Part shown: one piece after another, positions 41,172-52,107 of the stretch
Numbering within the stretch: the stretch's first letter is position 1
Layout of the letters: every line of letters begins with the position of its first letter
Origin: Elusimicrobiota bacterium
GTDB taxonomy: Bacteria > Elusimicrobiota > Elusimicrobia > UBA1565 > JACRDR01
Direction: 5' to 3'
Assembly (NCBI GenBank): GCA_041694815.1
Contig: JBGFSC010000010.1
Span: 1 to 64,000 of the forward strand
DNA length: 64,000 bases
The notes under the pieces: generated by a model
What the model saw: only the letters and a program-made list of their open reading frames with translations
Told to the model about the DNA's origin: nothing
The model's database searches: none
Translations under genes and position numbers: made by a program

Positions 41172-42791
41172 GTGAACCCGCAATCCGATTTCCTGGTATT
41201 AGGCAGCGGCATCGCCGGGCTGCTGGCCGCCCATAAGCTGGCGGCGCTGGGCACCGTGTACATCGTCACCAAAAAGAAAGCCGCCGAATCCAACACTAAT
41301 TACGCCCAGGGTGGGATCGCCGCCGTCGTCAGCCGCAGCGACTCCTTCGAAAACCACGTGCAGGACACGCTGCAGGCCGGAGCCGGGCTCTGCCATGAGA
41401 GGATCGTGCGCCTGACCGTCCAGGAAGGCCCCGCGCGCATACGGGAGCTCATCGAGCTGGGCGTGCGGTTCACCGAGAAGAACGAGGACCTGGACCTGGG
41501 GCTAGAGGGAGGGCATTCGCGGCGGCGCATCCTGCACGCCGGGGATCTCACGGGACGCGAGATCGAGCGGGCCCTGCTGGAAAACTGCCGGAACAACCGG
41601 CGCATCCGTTTCTTCGAGAACCATACCGCCGTCGACTTGATCCTCGAGCGGCACCCGGCGGAGCAGCCCCCCGAGCACAATCGGGTGCTGGGCGCCTACG
41701 TCTTGGACAACGCCTCCCGTCAGGTCCTCGCCTTCAGCGCCAAGGCCACCCTTCTCGCGACGGGAGGGGCCGGCAAGGTCTATCTCTATACCACCAATCC
41801 GGACATCGCCACGGGCGATGGCATGGCCATGGCCTACCGGGCGGGCGCCACGCTGGCCAATCTCGAGTTCGTACAATTCCACCCAACCTGCCTCTACCAT
41901 CCGAACGCCAAATCCTTCCTGCTCTCGGAGGCCCTTCGCGGCGAGGGGGGCGTGCTGCGCCTTAAGGATGGAACGCGCTTCATGGACGGGGTTCATCCCT
42001 TGCGCGAGCTGGCCCCGCGCGACATCGTCGCCCGAGCCATCGACGCCGAACTCAAGAGGAGCGGAGACGACTGCGTCTATCTTGACATGACCGGCAAGCG
42101 CCCCTCCTTCCTGCGGCGGCGTTTCCCCAACCTATACGAATCCGTGCGGCGCTTCGGCATCGATATGGCCAAGGACCCCATCCCCGCGGTCCCAGCGGCC
42201 CATTACTTTTGCGGAGGCGTCGTCGTCGACGAACGCGCCGCCAGCGAGATTCCCGGCCTCTACGCGATCGGCGAGGTGGCCCACACCGGGCTGCACGGGG
42301 CTAACCGCCTGGCGTCCAACTCACTCTTGGAGGGCTGCGTGTTCGCCCACCGCGCCTTCGAGGCCATCCGCGACGGCTGGGCCGAGCAGCGACGCCGGCA
42401 GCCGCCGCTCCCTCCGCGGTGGAATCCCGGAAAGGCGGTATCCTCCGACGAGGCCGTCGTCATCTCCCAGAATTGGGAGGAAATCCGCCGTCTGATGTGG
42501 AACTACGTGGGAATCGTGCGCAGCACGCGGCGCTTAGAGCGCGCCCAACAGCGCATCCAGCTCTTCTCGCAGGAGATCTCCCGATATTATTGGGACTTCC
42601 TGCTCACCCCCGACTTGATCGAGCTGCGCAACATCTCTCTCCTCGCCGAACTCCTCATCGCCTGCGCCTGCCTACGGCGCGAAAGCCGAGGCCTCCACTT
42701 CAATCTCGATACCCCCAGACCCTCGGCGCGAGCGCCCATCGATACGCGCATCAACCGCTATAGGGCGGCCGAGGCCGCTCTCGCGCGCTGA
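41172..42791 (+). CDS. nadB: L-aspartate oxidase
   Basis: [42 protein letters not shown]. Confidence 0.97.
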   Translation: MNPQSDFLVLGSGIAGLLAAHKLAALGTVYIVTKKKAAESNTNYAQGGIAAVVSRSDSFENHVQDTLQAGAGLCHERIVRLTVQEGPARIRELIELGVRFTEKNEDLDLGLEGGHSRRRILHAGDLTGREIERALLENCRNNRRIRFFENHTAVDLILERHPAEQPPEHNRVLGAYVLDNASRQVLAFSAKATLLATGGAGKVYLYTTNPDIATGDGMAMAYRAGATLANLEFVQFHPTCLYHPNAKSFLLSEALRGEGGVLRLKDGTRFMDGVHPLRELAPRDIVARAIDAELKRSGDDCVYLDMTGKRPSFLRRRFPNLYESVRRFGIDMAKDPIPAVPAAHYFCGGVVVDERAASEIPGLYAIGEVAHTGLHGANRLASNSLLEGCVFAHRAFEAIRDGWAEQRRRQPPLPPRWNPGKAVSSDEAVVISQNWEEIRRLMWNYVGIVRSTRRLERAQQRIQLFSQEISRYYWDFLLTPDLIELRNISLLAELLIACACLRRESRGLHFNLDTPRPSARAPIDTRINRYRAAEAALAR

Positions 42792-42793
42792 CC

Positions 42794-45631
42794 ATGGACA
42801 AGATCAAGATCGTCGGCGCCCGCCAACACAATCTCAAGAACGTCAGCTTGGAAATCCCGAGGGAAAAGCTGGTCGTGATCACGGGCCTGTCCGGGTCGGG
42901 AAAATCCAGCCTCGCCTTCGACACGATCTATGCCGAGGGGCAAAGGCGCTACGTCGAAAGCCTTTCCGCCTACGCGAGGCAGTTCCTCGAGCTGATGGAA
43001 AAGCCAGACGTCGACTTAATCGAGGGGCTTTCCCCCGCCATCTCCATCGAACAGCGCAACCCCTCTCGAAACCCGCGCTCGACGGTCGCGACCGTCACCG
43101 AGCTCTACGATTACCTGAGGCTGCTGTTTGCGCGCATCGGCGTTCCCCACTGCCCGAAATGCGGCAAGCTCATTAAGCCCCAGTCGGCCCAATCGATACT
43201 CAAGGACGTGCTGGAGACCTATAGGGCCCGCCCGGTCACCCTCTATTCCCCCCTCGTCCGCGGACGGCAGGGGAGCTACGAGGAGCTCTTCGGGAGGCTG
43301 CGCCGCTCGGGCTACGTCACGGTACGCGTCGACGGCAAGAGCTACGACCTGGGCGAGCCTCCCAAGCTCAAGCGCTACCACAAGCATACCATCGAGCTCC
43401 AAGTGGACCGACTCCGCGTCTGCTCAGAGGAGGAGCGGCGCCTGGCGGAGTCGATCGAGACCGCGCTCAAGGAATCGCGGGGACTGCTACTCGTGGAGGC
43501 CGCCGGCAACGGGCATCCGGCGCGGGAGGCGTTGTTCTCGGAGCACCACGCCTGCGCGGACTGCGGCGTCCGCCTCCCCGAGCTAGAACCTCGCCTCTTT
43601 TCCTTTAATTCCCCCTACGGGGCCTGCCCCGCCTGCGACGGACTCGGAGTCAAGACGGAGGTGGGCGAGGACCTGGTCGTCCCGGATCCGGAGCTGAGCA
43701 TCGCCGAAGGCGCCATCGCGGCCTGGTCCGACCCCGTGACCACGAGGACCAATCGCTGGAAGCGCTCCTGGGCCGGATACTACGACGAGATCATCGCGCA
43801 GGTGTGCCGCCAGCACCGGATCCCGATGGACGTGGCCTGGAAGAACCTACCGGCGAAATCGCGCCATATCCTGCTCTACGGCGGCGGGACGGTACGGGTG
43901 CATTGGGCCAAGAACGCCTCGGATTTCGAGGGAGTGGCCCGCAACCTCGAGCGGCGGCGGCAGGAGACGGAGTCCGAGTTCGTCAAGGAGGAGATCGCCA
44001 ACCGTTTCATGCGCGAGACCCGTTGCCCGACCTGCCGCGGGGCGCGGCTCAAGGAAGAGGCCCTTTTCGTCAAAATCGAGGGGCGCTCGATCGTGGATGT
44101 CACGCGCCTGTCCGTCGCGAAGGCCTCGGAATTCTTCAAGGCGCTCAAGCTCTCCGACAAGGAGCGTTTCATCGGCAAGCCGGTGCTCAAGGAGATCAAC
44201 GCGCGGCTCGACTTCCTGCTTAACGTGGGCCTCGACTACCTCACCCTCGACCGCCGCTCGGAGACGCTGGCCGGCGGCGAGGCCCAACGCATCCACCTCG
44301 CCACGCAGATAGGCTCGGGGCTCACCGGCGTGCTCTACGTGCTCGACGAACCCACGATTGGGCTCCACCCGCGCGACAACACGCGGCTGTTGACGACGCT
44401 CAAGCGCTTGCGCGACCTGGGCAATACCCTTCTCGTCGTCGAGCACGATGAGGAAACCATCCGCGAGGCCGATTGGATCGTCGATATCGGCCCTGGCGCC
44501 GGCCTCCATGGCGGCCGCGTCGTCGCCAGCGGCCCGCTCCCCGAGATCCTCGCCGCCAAGGAGTCGCTCACGGGCCGCTACCTTAAGGGCGAAATCGGGA
44601 TCCCTCCCGCCGCGCGACACGCCGAGCCTCCCAAGGGAGCGCTCAAGATACTCGGGGCCAGGCAATTCAACCTGAAGGATATCGACGTAGAGATTCCCCT
44701 CGGACGGTTCGTCGCCGTCACCGGCGTCTCGGGATCGGGCAAATCCACCCTGGTCCACGAGGTGCTCTATAAATCCTTGGCCAAGTCGCTCTACCACGCC
44801 AAGGAACCACCGGGCGATCATCGCGGCATCGAGGGCCTGGGCCATATCGATAAGGCGGTGGTCGTCGATCAGTCGCCCATCGGGCGCACGCCGCGTTCCA
44901 ATCCCGCCACCTACACGGGACTCTTTAGCCCGATTCGGGACCTCTTCGCGCAGCTGCCGGAATCCAAGAAGCGGGGGTACAAGCCCGGCCGATTCTCCTT
45001 CAACGTGAAGGGGGGCCGCTGCGAGCACTGCACCGGGGAGGGCACCCTCCGGATCCAGATGCAATTTCTTCCGGACGTCTTCGTCAAATGCGAGCAGTGC
45101 CATGGCGCCCGCTTCAATGAAGAAACCCTCCAGGTGCGCTACAAGGGCAGAAGCATCTCCGAGGTGCTCGAGCTGAGCGTCGAGGAGGCCCTTGGCTTCT
45201 TCTCGGCCATGCCGGCCATCTCCCGCATCCTGCAGACGCTCTCGGACGTGGGGCTGGGATACGTGTCTCTCGGCCAGGCCGCGACCACCCTTTCCGGCGG
45301 CGAGGCGCAGCGCGTGAAGCTGGCCACGGAGCTCTCCCGGCGAGCCACCGGGCGGACCCTCTACATACTCGACGAGCCGACGACCGGACTGCATTTCGCG
45401 GACGTGGCGAAGCTCCTTTCGGTGCTCCAGCGCTTAGTCGCCACCGGCAATACGGTGCTCGTCATCGAGCACAACCTCGACGTGATCAAGAGCGCCGACT
45501 GGATCATAGACCTCGGCCCGGAGGGCGGCGATGGAGGCGGCAGCGTCGTCGCGGCCGGGACGCCGCGCCAAGTGGCCCAGCACCCCCGTTCCCATACGGG
45601 ACGTTATCTCCGCGAGGCGCTCGATAAATGA
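42794..45631 (+). CDS. uvrA: Excinuclease ABC subunit A
   Basis: Two ABC domains ([18 protein letters not shown]), zinc fingers, [10 protein letters not shown]. Confidence 0.98.
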   Translation: MDKIKIVGARQHNLKNVSLEIPREKLVVITGLSGSGKSSLAFDTIYAEGQRRYVESLSAYARQFLELMEKPDVDLIEGLSPAISIEQRNPSRNPRSTVATVTELYDYLRLLFARIGVPHCPKCGKLIKPQSAQSILKDVLETYRARPVTLYSPLVRGRQGSYEELFGRLRRSGYVTVRVDGKSYDLGEPPKLKRYHKHTIELQVDRLRVCSEEERRLAESIETALKESRGLLLVEAAGNGHPAREALFSEHHACADCGVRLPELEPRLFSFNSPYGACPACDGLGVKTEVGEDLVVPDPELSIAEGAIAAWSDPVTTRTNRWKRSWAGYYDEIIAQVCRQHRIPMDVAWKNLPAKSRHILLYGGGTVRVHWAKNASDFEGVARNLERRRQETESEFVKEEIANRFMRETRCPTCRGARLKEEALFVKIEGRSIVDVTRLSVAKASEFFKALKLSDKERFIGKPVLKEINARLDFLLNVGLDYLTLDRRSETLAGGEAQRIHLATQIGSGLTGVLYVLDEPTIGLHPRDNTRLLTTLKRLRDLGNTLLVVEHDEETIREADWIVDIGPGAGLHGGRVVASGPLPEILAAKESLTGRYLKGEIGIPPAARHAEPPKGALKILGARQFNLKDIDVEIPLGRFVAVTGVSGSGKSTLVHEVLYKSLAKSLYHAKEPPGDHRGIEGLGHIDKAVVVDQSPIGRTPRSNPATYTGLFSPIRDLFAQLPESKKRGYKPGRFSFNVKGGRCEHCTGEGTLRIQMQFLPDVFVKCEQCHGARFNEETLQVRYKGRSISEVLELSVEEALGFFSAMPAISRILQTLSDVGLGYVSLGQAATTLSGGEAQRVKLATELSRRATGRTLYILDEPTTGLHFADVAKLLSVLQRLVATGNTVLVIEHNLDVIKSADWIIDLGPEGGDGGGSVVAAGTPRQVAQHPRSHTGRYLREALDK

Positions 45632-46164
45632 AAGGGTTTACTTTCGTCGAGTTGGTGATCGTGGTCTTCCTGCTCGCGCTCCTGGCCGCCTTCTCCCTGC
45701 AGGGCTACGGGAAGATGTTCGAGAGCAGCAACGCCGAGAAGGCCCGGGAGCTTACTCGGCTCGTCGCTAACTCGAACCGTAACTACGCGCTCAGCCGGGA
45801 AGGCATGCCCTTCTTGGCCGGATCACTCAACGGCTGCGACCCGACCCAGCGCTGCGAGAATTCTCTCGACGCCTGCAGGCTCCTGACCTGCGGCTACCTG
45901 GCCGCGGAGGATTGGACCGGCACCCGATACGATTATTATGCCCTCAATGGCCCGATGACTCTCTGCGGGCTCTCGGGGACGCCTGTCTCCGACCCAAGCG
46001 CCGCGCCACTTTTTGAAGGCCCCTCGGGAAGATTCTACATCGCCTGCGCCAAGCGCCGTTCGGACGCCGGCTCGCCGTACGTGAACTGGGGGTATACCGT
46101 GAATCTCAATGGAGGGATCCAGGCCTGGCCCGCATCCGACCCCCCGCCCCTCAAGCAGGAATAA
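45628..46164 (+). CDS. Type IV pilin-like protein (orphan, Cys-rich)
   Basis: Class III signal MKG|FTFVE plus hydrophobic helix; six Cys. Confidence 0.85.
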   Translation: MKGFTFVELVIVVFLLALLAAFSLQGYGKMFESSNAEKARELTRLVANSNRNYALSREGMPFLAGSLNGCDPTQRCENSLDACRLLTCGYLAAEDWTGTRYDYYALNGPMTLCGLSGTPVSDPSAAPLFEGPSGRFYIACAKRRSDAGSPYVNWGYTVNLNGGIQAWPASDPPPLKQE

Positions 46165-46167
46165 GGC

Positions 46168-46947
46168 TCATCTGACGCCGCTGGCGAGCCAGCGTCGCCA
46201 GGCCTTCTCCAAGTCCGCCAGCCCCTTGAACCCGTACGCCTCGGCGAGGGCCCTGGAGGGCGGCGCGCCGTCGCGCAGCTTCCCGCATAGGTTGAAAAAT
46301 TGCATACGGGAATGGCCCTTATACAGGAAATAGCTCAAGGCGTAGGCCTGGACATACCAAAGCGCCGCCTGCCTCTTGTCGGTGATAAGCTCGGGCTTGA
46401 GCGCCGCCAATTCTTCCACTCTCCAGATCGCCTCCGGGTGCCTCCGAAGAAATTCGAGATGTTTGGACCATTCGGATTCCTCCGAAAAGCGGGCGGATTC
46501 CGTCTCCTCCATCATCGCCAGCCCTTCGTTGAGCCAGGCGGGCGGCGGGCCCCGGCCTGGAGCCTCCCCCCAATAGGCCTCGAAGAGGAGATGGGTCAAT
46601 TCATGGCCCGCCACCTCCAGCAGCTTCTTGCGGTCGGCCTGCTCGTAGGTCGCCACCGCCTGCTCGCGCTGCGAGGCGATGCCGTTAGACCATTCGGGAG
46701 GATCGAAACGCCCCCGCAGATAGGAGTCCCGGTCCGCATAAAGGAAAAAGCGGATGCGGCGCCGTGGCATCCAGGGCGAAAAATCCATCCGGAGCCGATG
46801 GTGGATACGCTCGAGCTGCAGCACGAAGCCGGACGGCAAGAAGCGTGCCTCGTGGAACACCTCGAAGTGTGGAGAGAGTGTCTTTCGGCGCGGCTCGGCG
46901 GCCTCTGCCCCCAGCAGGGAAGCGACAAGAAGCCAGGCGGCCGCCAA
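46168..46947 (-). CDS. Peptidase MA-like zinc metallohydrolase, secreted
   Basis: HELTH, WLNEGLA; signal peptide. Confidence 0.8.
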   Translation of the reverse strand: MAAAWLLVASLLGAEAAEPRRKTLSPHFEVFHEARFLPSGFVLQLERIHHRLRMDFSPWMPRRRIRFFLYADRDSYLRGRFDPPEWSNGIASQREQAVATYEQADRKKLLEVAGHELTHLLFEAYWGEAPGRGPPPAWLNEGLAMMEETESARFSEESEWSKHLEFLRRHPEAIWRVEELAALKPELITDKRQAALWYVQAYALSYFLYKGHSRMQFFNLCGKLRDGAPPSRALAEAYGFKGLADLEKAWRRWLASGVR

Positions 46948-46950
46948 GCG

Positions 46951-47346
46951 TTAGTTGACCTTTAGATAGTTGACCGTCTTGACCTTCTCGTCTGGATCGT
47001 AGCTGACTTCCACCTGGGTATTGTTTCCGGCGGCGAGTTTTTCTCCGGGCCAAGCAACGATTTCCCATAGGGCTAAGGTCACGATGTCAGCCGCGATATG
47101 CAAGAAGGCGCGACCAAACTTGTACCCCCCGGAGACTCCTTTATCGAAGGCGAAGGTATCGATCTTCGTCCCACCGGCTTCCTTGCTGTAGGCGGGTTGA
47201 CCGAACTCGGACACCAGCATCCCACGGGAAGCACCGGCGGTCAAAATGGATAGATTTTTCTTGGGTGGGCGTGACAGCACAGTGCTCGCCGAACAGCCCG
47301 ACAGGACCCAGACGACCAATAACAAAGCGCGCGACGGAACGTTCAT
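46951..47346 (-). CDS. Hypothetical lipoprotein
   Basis: Lipobox LSGC; AGGAGG RBS. Confidence 0.75.
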   Translation of the reverse strand: MNVPSRALLLVVWVLSGCSASTVLSRPPKKNLSILTAGASRGMLVSEFGQPAYSKEAGGTKIDTFAFDKGVSGGYKFGRAFLHIAADIVTLALWEIVAWPGEKLAAGNNTQVEVSYDPDEKVKTVNYLKVN

Positions 47347-47523
47347 GATGCCTCCTTATTCGAAAACCTACCCCACGGTTCATCCTACCTTATCCGTAAA
47401 ATTTTCGTCAAGCGAACAGAACACGTTCATTCCATTCGTTACCACTTCGTCGTTGACAGGCTTTCCGCGGATTGTGTGTAATGCTGCGATTGATGCCGCT
47501 ATCTTTGCGCAAAGGAGTCGTCG

Positions 47524-48015
47524 ATGAAAAAGTCATTCACCACGCTGGCGCTGATGTCGGCCTTCGCTGTCACCGGCTGCTACGGGCCGTTCAACCTCAC
47601 GCGAAAGCTGCACGATTGGAACGGGAAGGTGGGAGATCGGAGTACCCAAGGTAAATGGGTCAACGAGGCCGTATTTCTGGGCCTCAATATCCTGCCGGTT
47701 TACACCTTCGCCCTGCTCGGCGACGCGATTGTCTTCAACTCGATCGAATTTTGGACAGGCAACAATCCGGTCAAGCTGAGTCGGCGCGTATCCAACGGAG
47801 ACGCCTCGGCGGTTATCAGCTACGCGCCGGACGCACGGCGCCTGCGCGTCGATAGTTTCGAAAAGGGCCGACCCACCTCGACCGTGGTCCTTGAACCCGG
47901 CGACCAAGGCATGGTCGCCCGAGGCGCCGACGGCCGCCTCTTAGCCTCGGCCGCGACCGAGGGAGCAAGCGTGGTACTGCGGGACGCCGCTGGCAAGGAA
48001 ATCGGCCGAAAGTAG
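47524..48015 (+). CDS. DUF3332 family lipoprotein
   Basis: GCYGPFNLT...WN, KWVNE, PVY, DAIVFNSIEFWTG.NP; AAGGAG RBS. Confidence 0.88.
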   Translation: MKKSFTTLALMSAFAVTGCYGPFNLTRKLHDWNGKVGDRSTQGKWVNEAVFLGLNILPVYTFALLGDAIVFNSIEFWTGNNPVKLSRRVSNGDASAVISYAPDARRLRVDSFEKGRPTSTVVLEPGDQGMVARGADGRLLASAATEGASVVLRDAAGKEIGRK

Positions 48016-48038
48016 TGCAGCCTCTTCGCCCAGGGCTT

Positions 48039-48078
48039 AACCCGCCCTCCTATTCCGACTTCGATGGGAGGGCGGGTT
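48039..48078. terminator. Strong hairpin after the DUF3332 gene
   Basis: AACCCGCCCTCC (48039-48050) / GGAGGGCGGGTT (48067-48078); weak U-tract. Confidence 0.55.
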
Positions 48079-48221
48079 CATACCAGGCCCGCCACCCTAT
48101 GGCCCGCGGCGCCGCCGTCGCCGCGTAGCCGCCCCACATGCCTTCAAGCCTCGCATGGTCGAGCAAGCGCGCGGCGACCCGGCGCGTGGTTTGAGGCAGG
48201 AAAGCGAGGCTACCTGCGCCG

Positions 48222-49157
48222 ATGAGGCTGTTTCAGAAGATCGTGCTTGCCCTCGGCCTGCTGGGCTTGGCCGCGCTGCTCTGGAGCATGGACAAGGGCC
48301 AGATCGGCCGCCTCCTTTACCGGGTCCGGTGGGGACTGCTGCTCATCGTCGCCCAGGAAATCGTCGCCCACACCATCAACGCCTTCGCCTGGCGTCTGGC
48401 CTTCGTGCCGCAAGAGGCGGCCGCCTTCCCATTCCGGGAACTCCTGCGTCTTCGCGTCATCGGCGACGCCATCAATTATTTGGTCCCCGGAGCCACGATC
48501 CCCGGCGAGATACTGCGGGCCTCGCTACTCAATCGCTCGCATGGGAGGAGGAGCCGCGCGGGCTCGGTGCTTGTGGCCAAATGCACGCAATCGTTGGCCC
48601 ACTGTCTCTTCATGGTCACAGGACTGCTCATGCTCGCCCACGGCTATTCGACCGCCGCCCCATACGCTCCTTTTCTGTACGCGGCCGCCACCGTGCTGCT
48701 CCTGGTCCTGGCCGCCGCAGGGCTGCTGGCCTGGCGCAGCAAGGGAGGCCAATCGATCCCTCAGGACGGCCCGGTGACCTTTCCCGTGATGCTGGGGTGG
48801 CTCAAGGATTATGCGCTCCGCTACCCTGGCCGGGTGCTCGGCTCCACCGCGACCTTCATGCTGGCCTTCGCGTGGGGCGCCTTCGAGGCGTTCTGGATTT
48901 GCCGCTTCCTGGGATCGCCCATTTCCGCCACGACGGCCCTGACCCTCGAGACCCTCTCCTTGGCGGTCGACGGCTTCCTGTTCATGGTCCCGGCCAAGAT
49001 GGGTACGCAGGAAGGAGGAAAAACCGCGATCTTTGTGCTGCTAGGCCTTCCCGCCGAGCAAGGCTTCGCCTTCGGCGTCGTGCGGCACACGCGGGAGCTG
49101 CTGTGGGCCGGCGGCGGACTCTTGCTCTACTGGCGCCACCGATCCGGCGTCCGCTAA
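48222..49157 (+). CDS. Flippase-like / HpnL-like integral membrane protein
   Basis: Multi-TM protein; AWR, GDAINYL.P...PGE, PAKMGTQEGG. Confidence 0.75.
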   Translation: MRLFQKIVLALGLLGLAALLWSMDKGQIGRLLYRVRWGLLLIVAQEIVAHTINAFAWRLAFVPQEAAAFPFRELLRLRVIGDAINYLVPGATIPGEILRASLLNRSHGRRSRAGSVLVAKCTQSLAHCLFMVTGLLMLAHGYSTAAPYAPFLYAAATVLLLVLAAAGLLAWRSKGGQSIPQDGPVTFPVMLGWLKDYALRYPGRVLGSTATFMLAFAWGAFEAFWICRFLGSPISATTALTLETLSLAVDGFLFMVPAKMGTQEGGKTAIFVLLGLPAEQGFAFGVVRHTRELLWAGGGLLLYWRHRSGVR

Positions 49158-49991
49158 GGTGATGCCGCTGGCGGAGATCGCCTCGCGCACGCGGGGGCTC
49201 AGCAGCGTCCGCAATTCCGCGCGGCTCTGATGGCTTTCGGTGGGGGACTCGCCCGCTTCGCTATCCGGGTCGGCGCTCGGGTGGAAATAGATTTCCGTGT
49301 CTCCCGGGGGCAGGCCCTCCAGGAGCCGCAGCAAGTACTCCTCGCTCATGAGCCCCGAGCGTAGCAGGCCATAGGTCCTATCCAGCACGTGTACGCGCGG
49401 GTCGGCGTGGCGCATCATGAGGTAGCGCCTTAAAAGTTGAAACGTCACTGCCTCGCCCAGCTGCTTGAACGGCGACAGCCGGAAGGAAAGGCTCGCCGCC
49501 AGCTCTCCGCCCGGAAGGCGCAGGCGCGTGAAGCCATACTCGCGGCAAAGGCGCGCGAGCAATGGATAGATCACCGGATGCACGTGAAGGTTGACGTGGC
49601 CGTCGACATGCCCCGGGGACAGGCCGAGGGAGAGGAAGCGCTCAAATTGGGCTCGGAGCTCGGCCTCGATCGTCACCCGAAGGGAGCGGTCGAAAAAGTA
49701 GCGCATCCCGCAACGGACGGGGTCCGTCGGGAAGCGTCCGTCGGCGTCCAGCCACCCCCCCCAGCGCACGCGGCCGAGGGCCGAGAGCCCGTTGCATAGG
49801 ACGGCATGGAGGCCCACCCCCAGGCCCGGAAACTGAGAGCGAGCGCGCCGGGCGGCGTCGGCGGCGGCGGGCTCATTGACCATGAGGCTGGCGAAGCGCA
49901 ATATCCCGTTTTGATACGCCTCGAAAACCGCGTCGTTGACCGCCGCCGACTCACCGAAATCATCAGCCGTGATGAAAAGACGCCGGCTCAT
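49041..49991 (-). CDS. YdjC/ChbG/HpnK family deacetylase
   Basis: ITADDFG, ASLMV, VGLH, HVDGHVNLH, EIYFHP; ATG at 49991 overlaps the pilX-like stop. Confidence 0.88.
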   Translation of the reverse strand: MSRRLFITADDFGESAAVNDAVFEAYQNGILRFASLMVNEPAAADAARRARSQFPGLGVGLHAVLCNGLSALGRVRWGGWLDADGRFPTDPVRCGMRYFFDRSLRVTIEAELRAQFERFLSLGLSPGHVDGHVNLHVHPVIYPLLARLCREYGFTRLRLPGGELAASLSFRLSPFKQLGEAVTFQLLRRYLMMRHADPRVHVLDRTYGLLRSGLMSEEYLLRLLEGLPPGDTEIYFHPSADPDSEAGESPTESHQSRAELRTLLSPRVREAISASGITLADAGSVAPVEQESAAGPQQLPRVPHDAEGEALLGGKA

Positions 49992-50410
49992 TGGCATTGC
50001 GCGAGGGTCATGGTCGCTGGGCACGCGTCCCCAGGACCTTTCGGGATGCATACGCAGGTTTTGCAAGTGCCTGGATTAGAAAGGTCGTCGATGGCATAGA
50101 CTCGAACCGGCACATCTGACATTCCGGTAAACGGCAATCCCGCCAACGTGCACGTGCACCCGCACGAACCCGACGCCGGTTGGCAAAGCATATCGGGTGT
50201 ATTTTGACAAATTCCATACTGATTCCATAGGCCCCAGGCGCGGTGCATGACCGCCTGACCCTGTAAAGGAGCCGCGACGGCCCCCGCGTAACGCTCGCCG
50301 AGGCTAATCCGCTGCATCACCATCGACAGCACCGCAGAGGCTACGGTGAGGAGTACCAGCCCGAAGACGAGCACCTGCACCAACGCCGCTCCGCGCCTTG
50401 CCACGTTCAT
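49988..50410 (-). CDS. PilX-like minor pilin
   Basis: RRG|AALVQV (no Glu5, PilX type); ten Cys. Confidence 0.7.
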   Translation of the reverse strand: MNVARRGAALVQVLVFGLVLLTVASAVLSMVMQRISLGERYAGAVAAPLQGQAVMHRAWGLWNQYGICQNTPDMLCQPASGSCGCTCTLAGLPFTGMSDVPVRVYAIDDLSNPGTCKTCVCIPKGPGDACPATMTLAQCQ

Positions 50411-51033
50411 GGGTACGGAGCGCTCCGGCTCATGGAGAGGGTGACGGCGGTGTTGACGGTGACGGCGGCCGTCCCCGTACCGACCATGTAATGCAGCTCG
50501 ACGACATTATTGACATTCGCCGGCCGGATGAAATAATGAGGATAGGCGGGATCCTTCGAGACATGACGGGCTAGGATCAGGGCGTTGGGAGCCGTCGCGT
50601 CGCAGGTGTAGGTGGGAGGGCAGGCGGCGCCCATTCCATCCTGCCACGTCATGTAAAGATCGCCCGCAATGACGCAATATTGGTACGTATGGATGGGAGG
50701 GCCCGCCGGGCCCCGATCGATGCGGGGATCGGTGGGGTTCAAGCCCGAAGAATCGTAGTTCGAACAGCCCCGAAGCATGTCTGCTCCGACCGGGGCAGAA
50801 CCCGCGCAATTGCCGTTAGGGCAGGGCCAGGCCGGGATACTCAAGGAGGTCGTGCGCGCGAGATCCCTCGCGATGGCTGTCGCGCTCATGATGGCGCCGT
50901 CATGGATCACGTCCTTTTGGAAGCTCTGGTTCTGCAGGCGAAACACGGCGGTATAGATAGCCGCCAGTCCCATCAGCACCATCGCCGACAAAAGGACGGC
51001 GACGAGCAGCTCGACAAGAGTGAATCCCCTCAT
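50407..51033 (-). CDS. PilW-like minor pilin
   Basis: MRG|FTLVELL; ATGA coupling. Confidence 0.8.
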   Translation of the reverse strand: MRGFTLVELLVAVLLSAMVLMGLAAIYTAVFRLQNQSFQKDVIHDGAIMSATAIARDLARTTSLSIPAWPCPNGNCAGSAPVGADMLRGCSNYDSSGLNPTDPRIDRGPAGPPIHTYQYCVIAGDLYMTWQDGMGAACPPTYTCDATAPNALILARHVSKDPAYPHYFIRPANVNNVVELHYMVGTGTAAVTVNTAVTLSMSRSAPYP

Positions 51034-51476
51034 GGCTCGTCCCAATCGACGCGAACGTTCACGGTCGGCCGGAAGTTCGGGTCGCCGGGCGGAAAATCGG
51101 CGGTGACCGTATAGATCATGCGCATGTTGTATGGGGGCAGACGCAATGGGGCCGGAAGGAAAGAGCTCACGTCGTGCGGCACGCAGCCGGGGTCCAAGGC
51201 GTAGCGCGGGTAGCAGCTGTCCTGCATGGAGCCGTCCCGGAAACCCCAGTCGCCGCCGGGCGCGTAAGAAGCGGTCGCGGCCGTAGGATCGGCGCTAATG
51301 TAATTTTTGAGTCTTTCCAGGACGCGTTTGGCGGCGTTGGCGGCGGCAATCTTGCGTTCGGCCTTGCCCCCGAGGCGTTTGCTGGTCAAGGTCACGCTAA
51401 AAACGGAAAGGGTGACCATCGCGACGAGCAGGATGGCCACGAGCACCTCGACGAGGGTCGTGCCCCGGGGACCCAT
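51030..51476 (-). CDS. PilV-like minor pilin
   Basis: PRG|TTLVEVL; C-terminal VRVDW. Confidence 0.8.
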   Translation of the reverse strand: MGPRGTTLVEVLVAILLVAMVTLSVFSVTLTSKRLGGKAERKIAAANAAKRVLERLKNYISADPTAATASYAPGGDWGFRDGSMQDSCYPRYALDPGCVPHDVSSFLPAPLRLPPYNMRMIYTVTADFPPGDPNFRPTVNVRVDWDEP

Positions 51477-51477
51477 T

Positions 51478-52017
51478 TCAATAAACCGGCTCGGGCGGGG
51501 CCAGGCAGTCGGAGCAGCCTGGCACGCTCGCGTACACTTTACCGTTCCTGTTGACCGCGTAGCCCCATTCGGATGAGAAAGCGGGCCCTCCGGCGTTTCT
51601 ACGGGCGCAGGCGACAAAGAGATCCGACACCGGAAAGCTCAACCCGCAAGCGCTAGCGCTTACCCCGATCGGAGCGAGCGCCTGGAAAGAATAATATTTA
51701 TGGCCGAAGTCCTGCTTGGCCAGGAGATTGCAGGCCACCAGATCGCAGCCCGGGGGCGAGGGGCTGGCCGCGCCGACGCAGGTGGCGGAATTGCAGTTGT
51801 TATCGATCGGGCCCTGCGTGAAGCGGTTATAATCGACCGCGTACATCCGGTTGGTCGTCGCAATCATCTGTAGCATGGATAAAGCATCGTCGGCGCGGGA
51901 ATTTTCCACCGAACGGTTGTAGAGGGGGATAGCCACCGCCGCGATGATGGCCAGGAGCAGAACCACCACCATCATCTCCACGAGCGTAAATCCGTTTTTA
52001 GCTTGCATCAGCTGCAC
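51478..52017 (-). CDS. Cys-rich pilin (PilE/FimU position)
   Basis: KNG|FTLVEMM...AIP.Y; start GTG 52017 or ATG 52008. Confidence 0.85.
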   Translation of the reverse strand: MQLMQAKNGFTLVEMMVVVLLLAIIAAVAIPLYNRSVENSRADDALSMLQMIATTNRMYAVDYNRFTQGPIDNNCNSATCVGAASPSPPGCDLVACNLLAKQDFGHKYYSFQALAPIGVSASACGLSFPVSDLFVACARRNAGGPAFSSEWGYAVNRNGKVYASVPGCSDCLAPPEPVY

Positions 52018-52107
52018 TTTTTGAAGTTTAACAGGCGCCGGTACGGCTGTCAAGAACACGAAGCAAAGGGACGGGGCCCCACGGCGACAGGACCCGGACC
52101 CTCACCT

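Noticed and set aside
43847..45394. Long antisense ORFs (515 aa opposite uvrA; similar ones opposite yebC, ruvB, pyrG, lptB, pilB)
   Set aside because: Typical shadow ORFs of high-GC codon usage; no independent motifs.
47413..47428. GAAC/GTTC SOS-box-like sequence
   Set aside because: Spacing does not fit GAAC-N4-GTTC, and the flanking genes are not repair genes.
48222..49991. Hopanoid biosynthesis cluster
   Set aside because: Only HpnL-like and HpnK-like family members are present; no shc, hpnI or hpnJ in the window.
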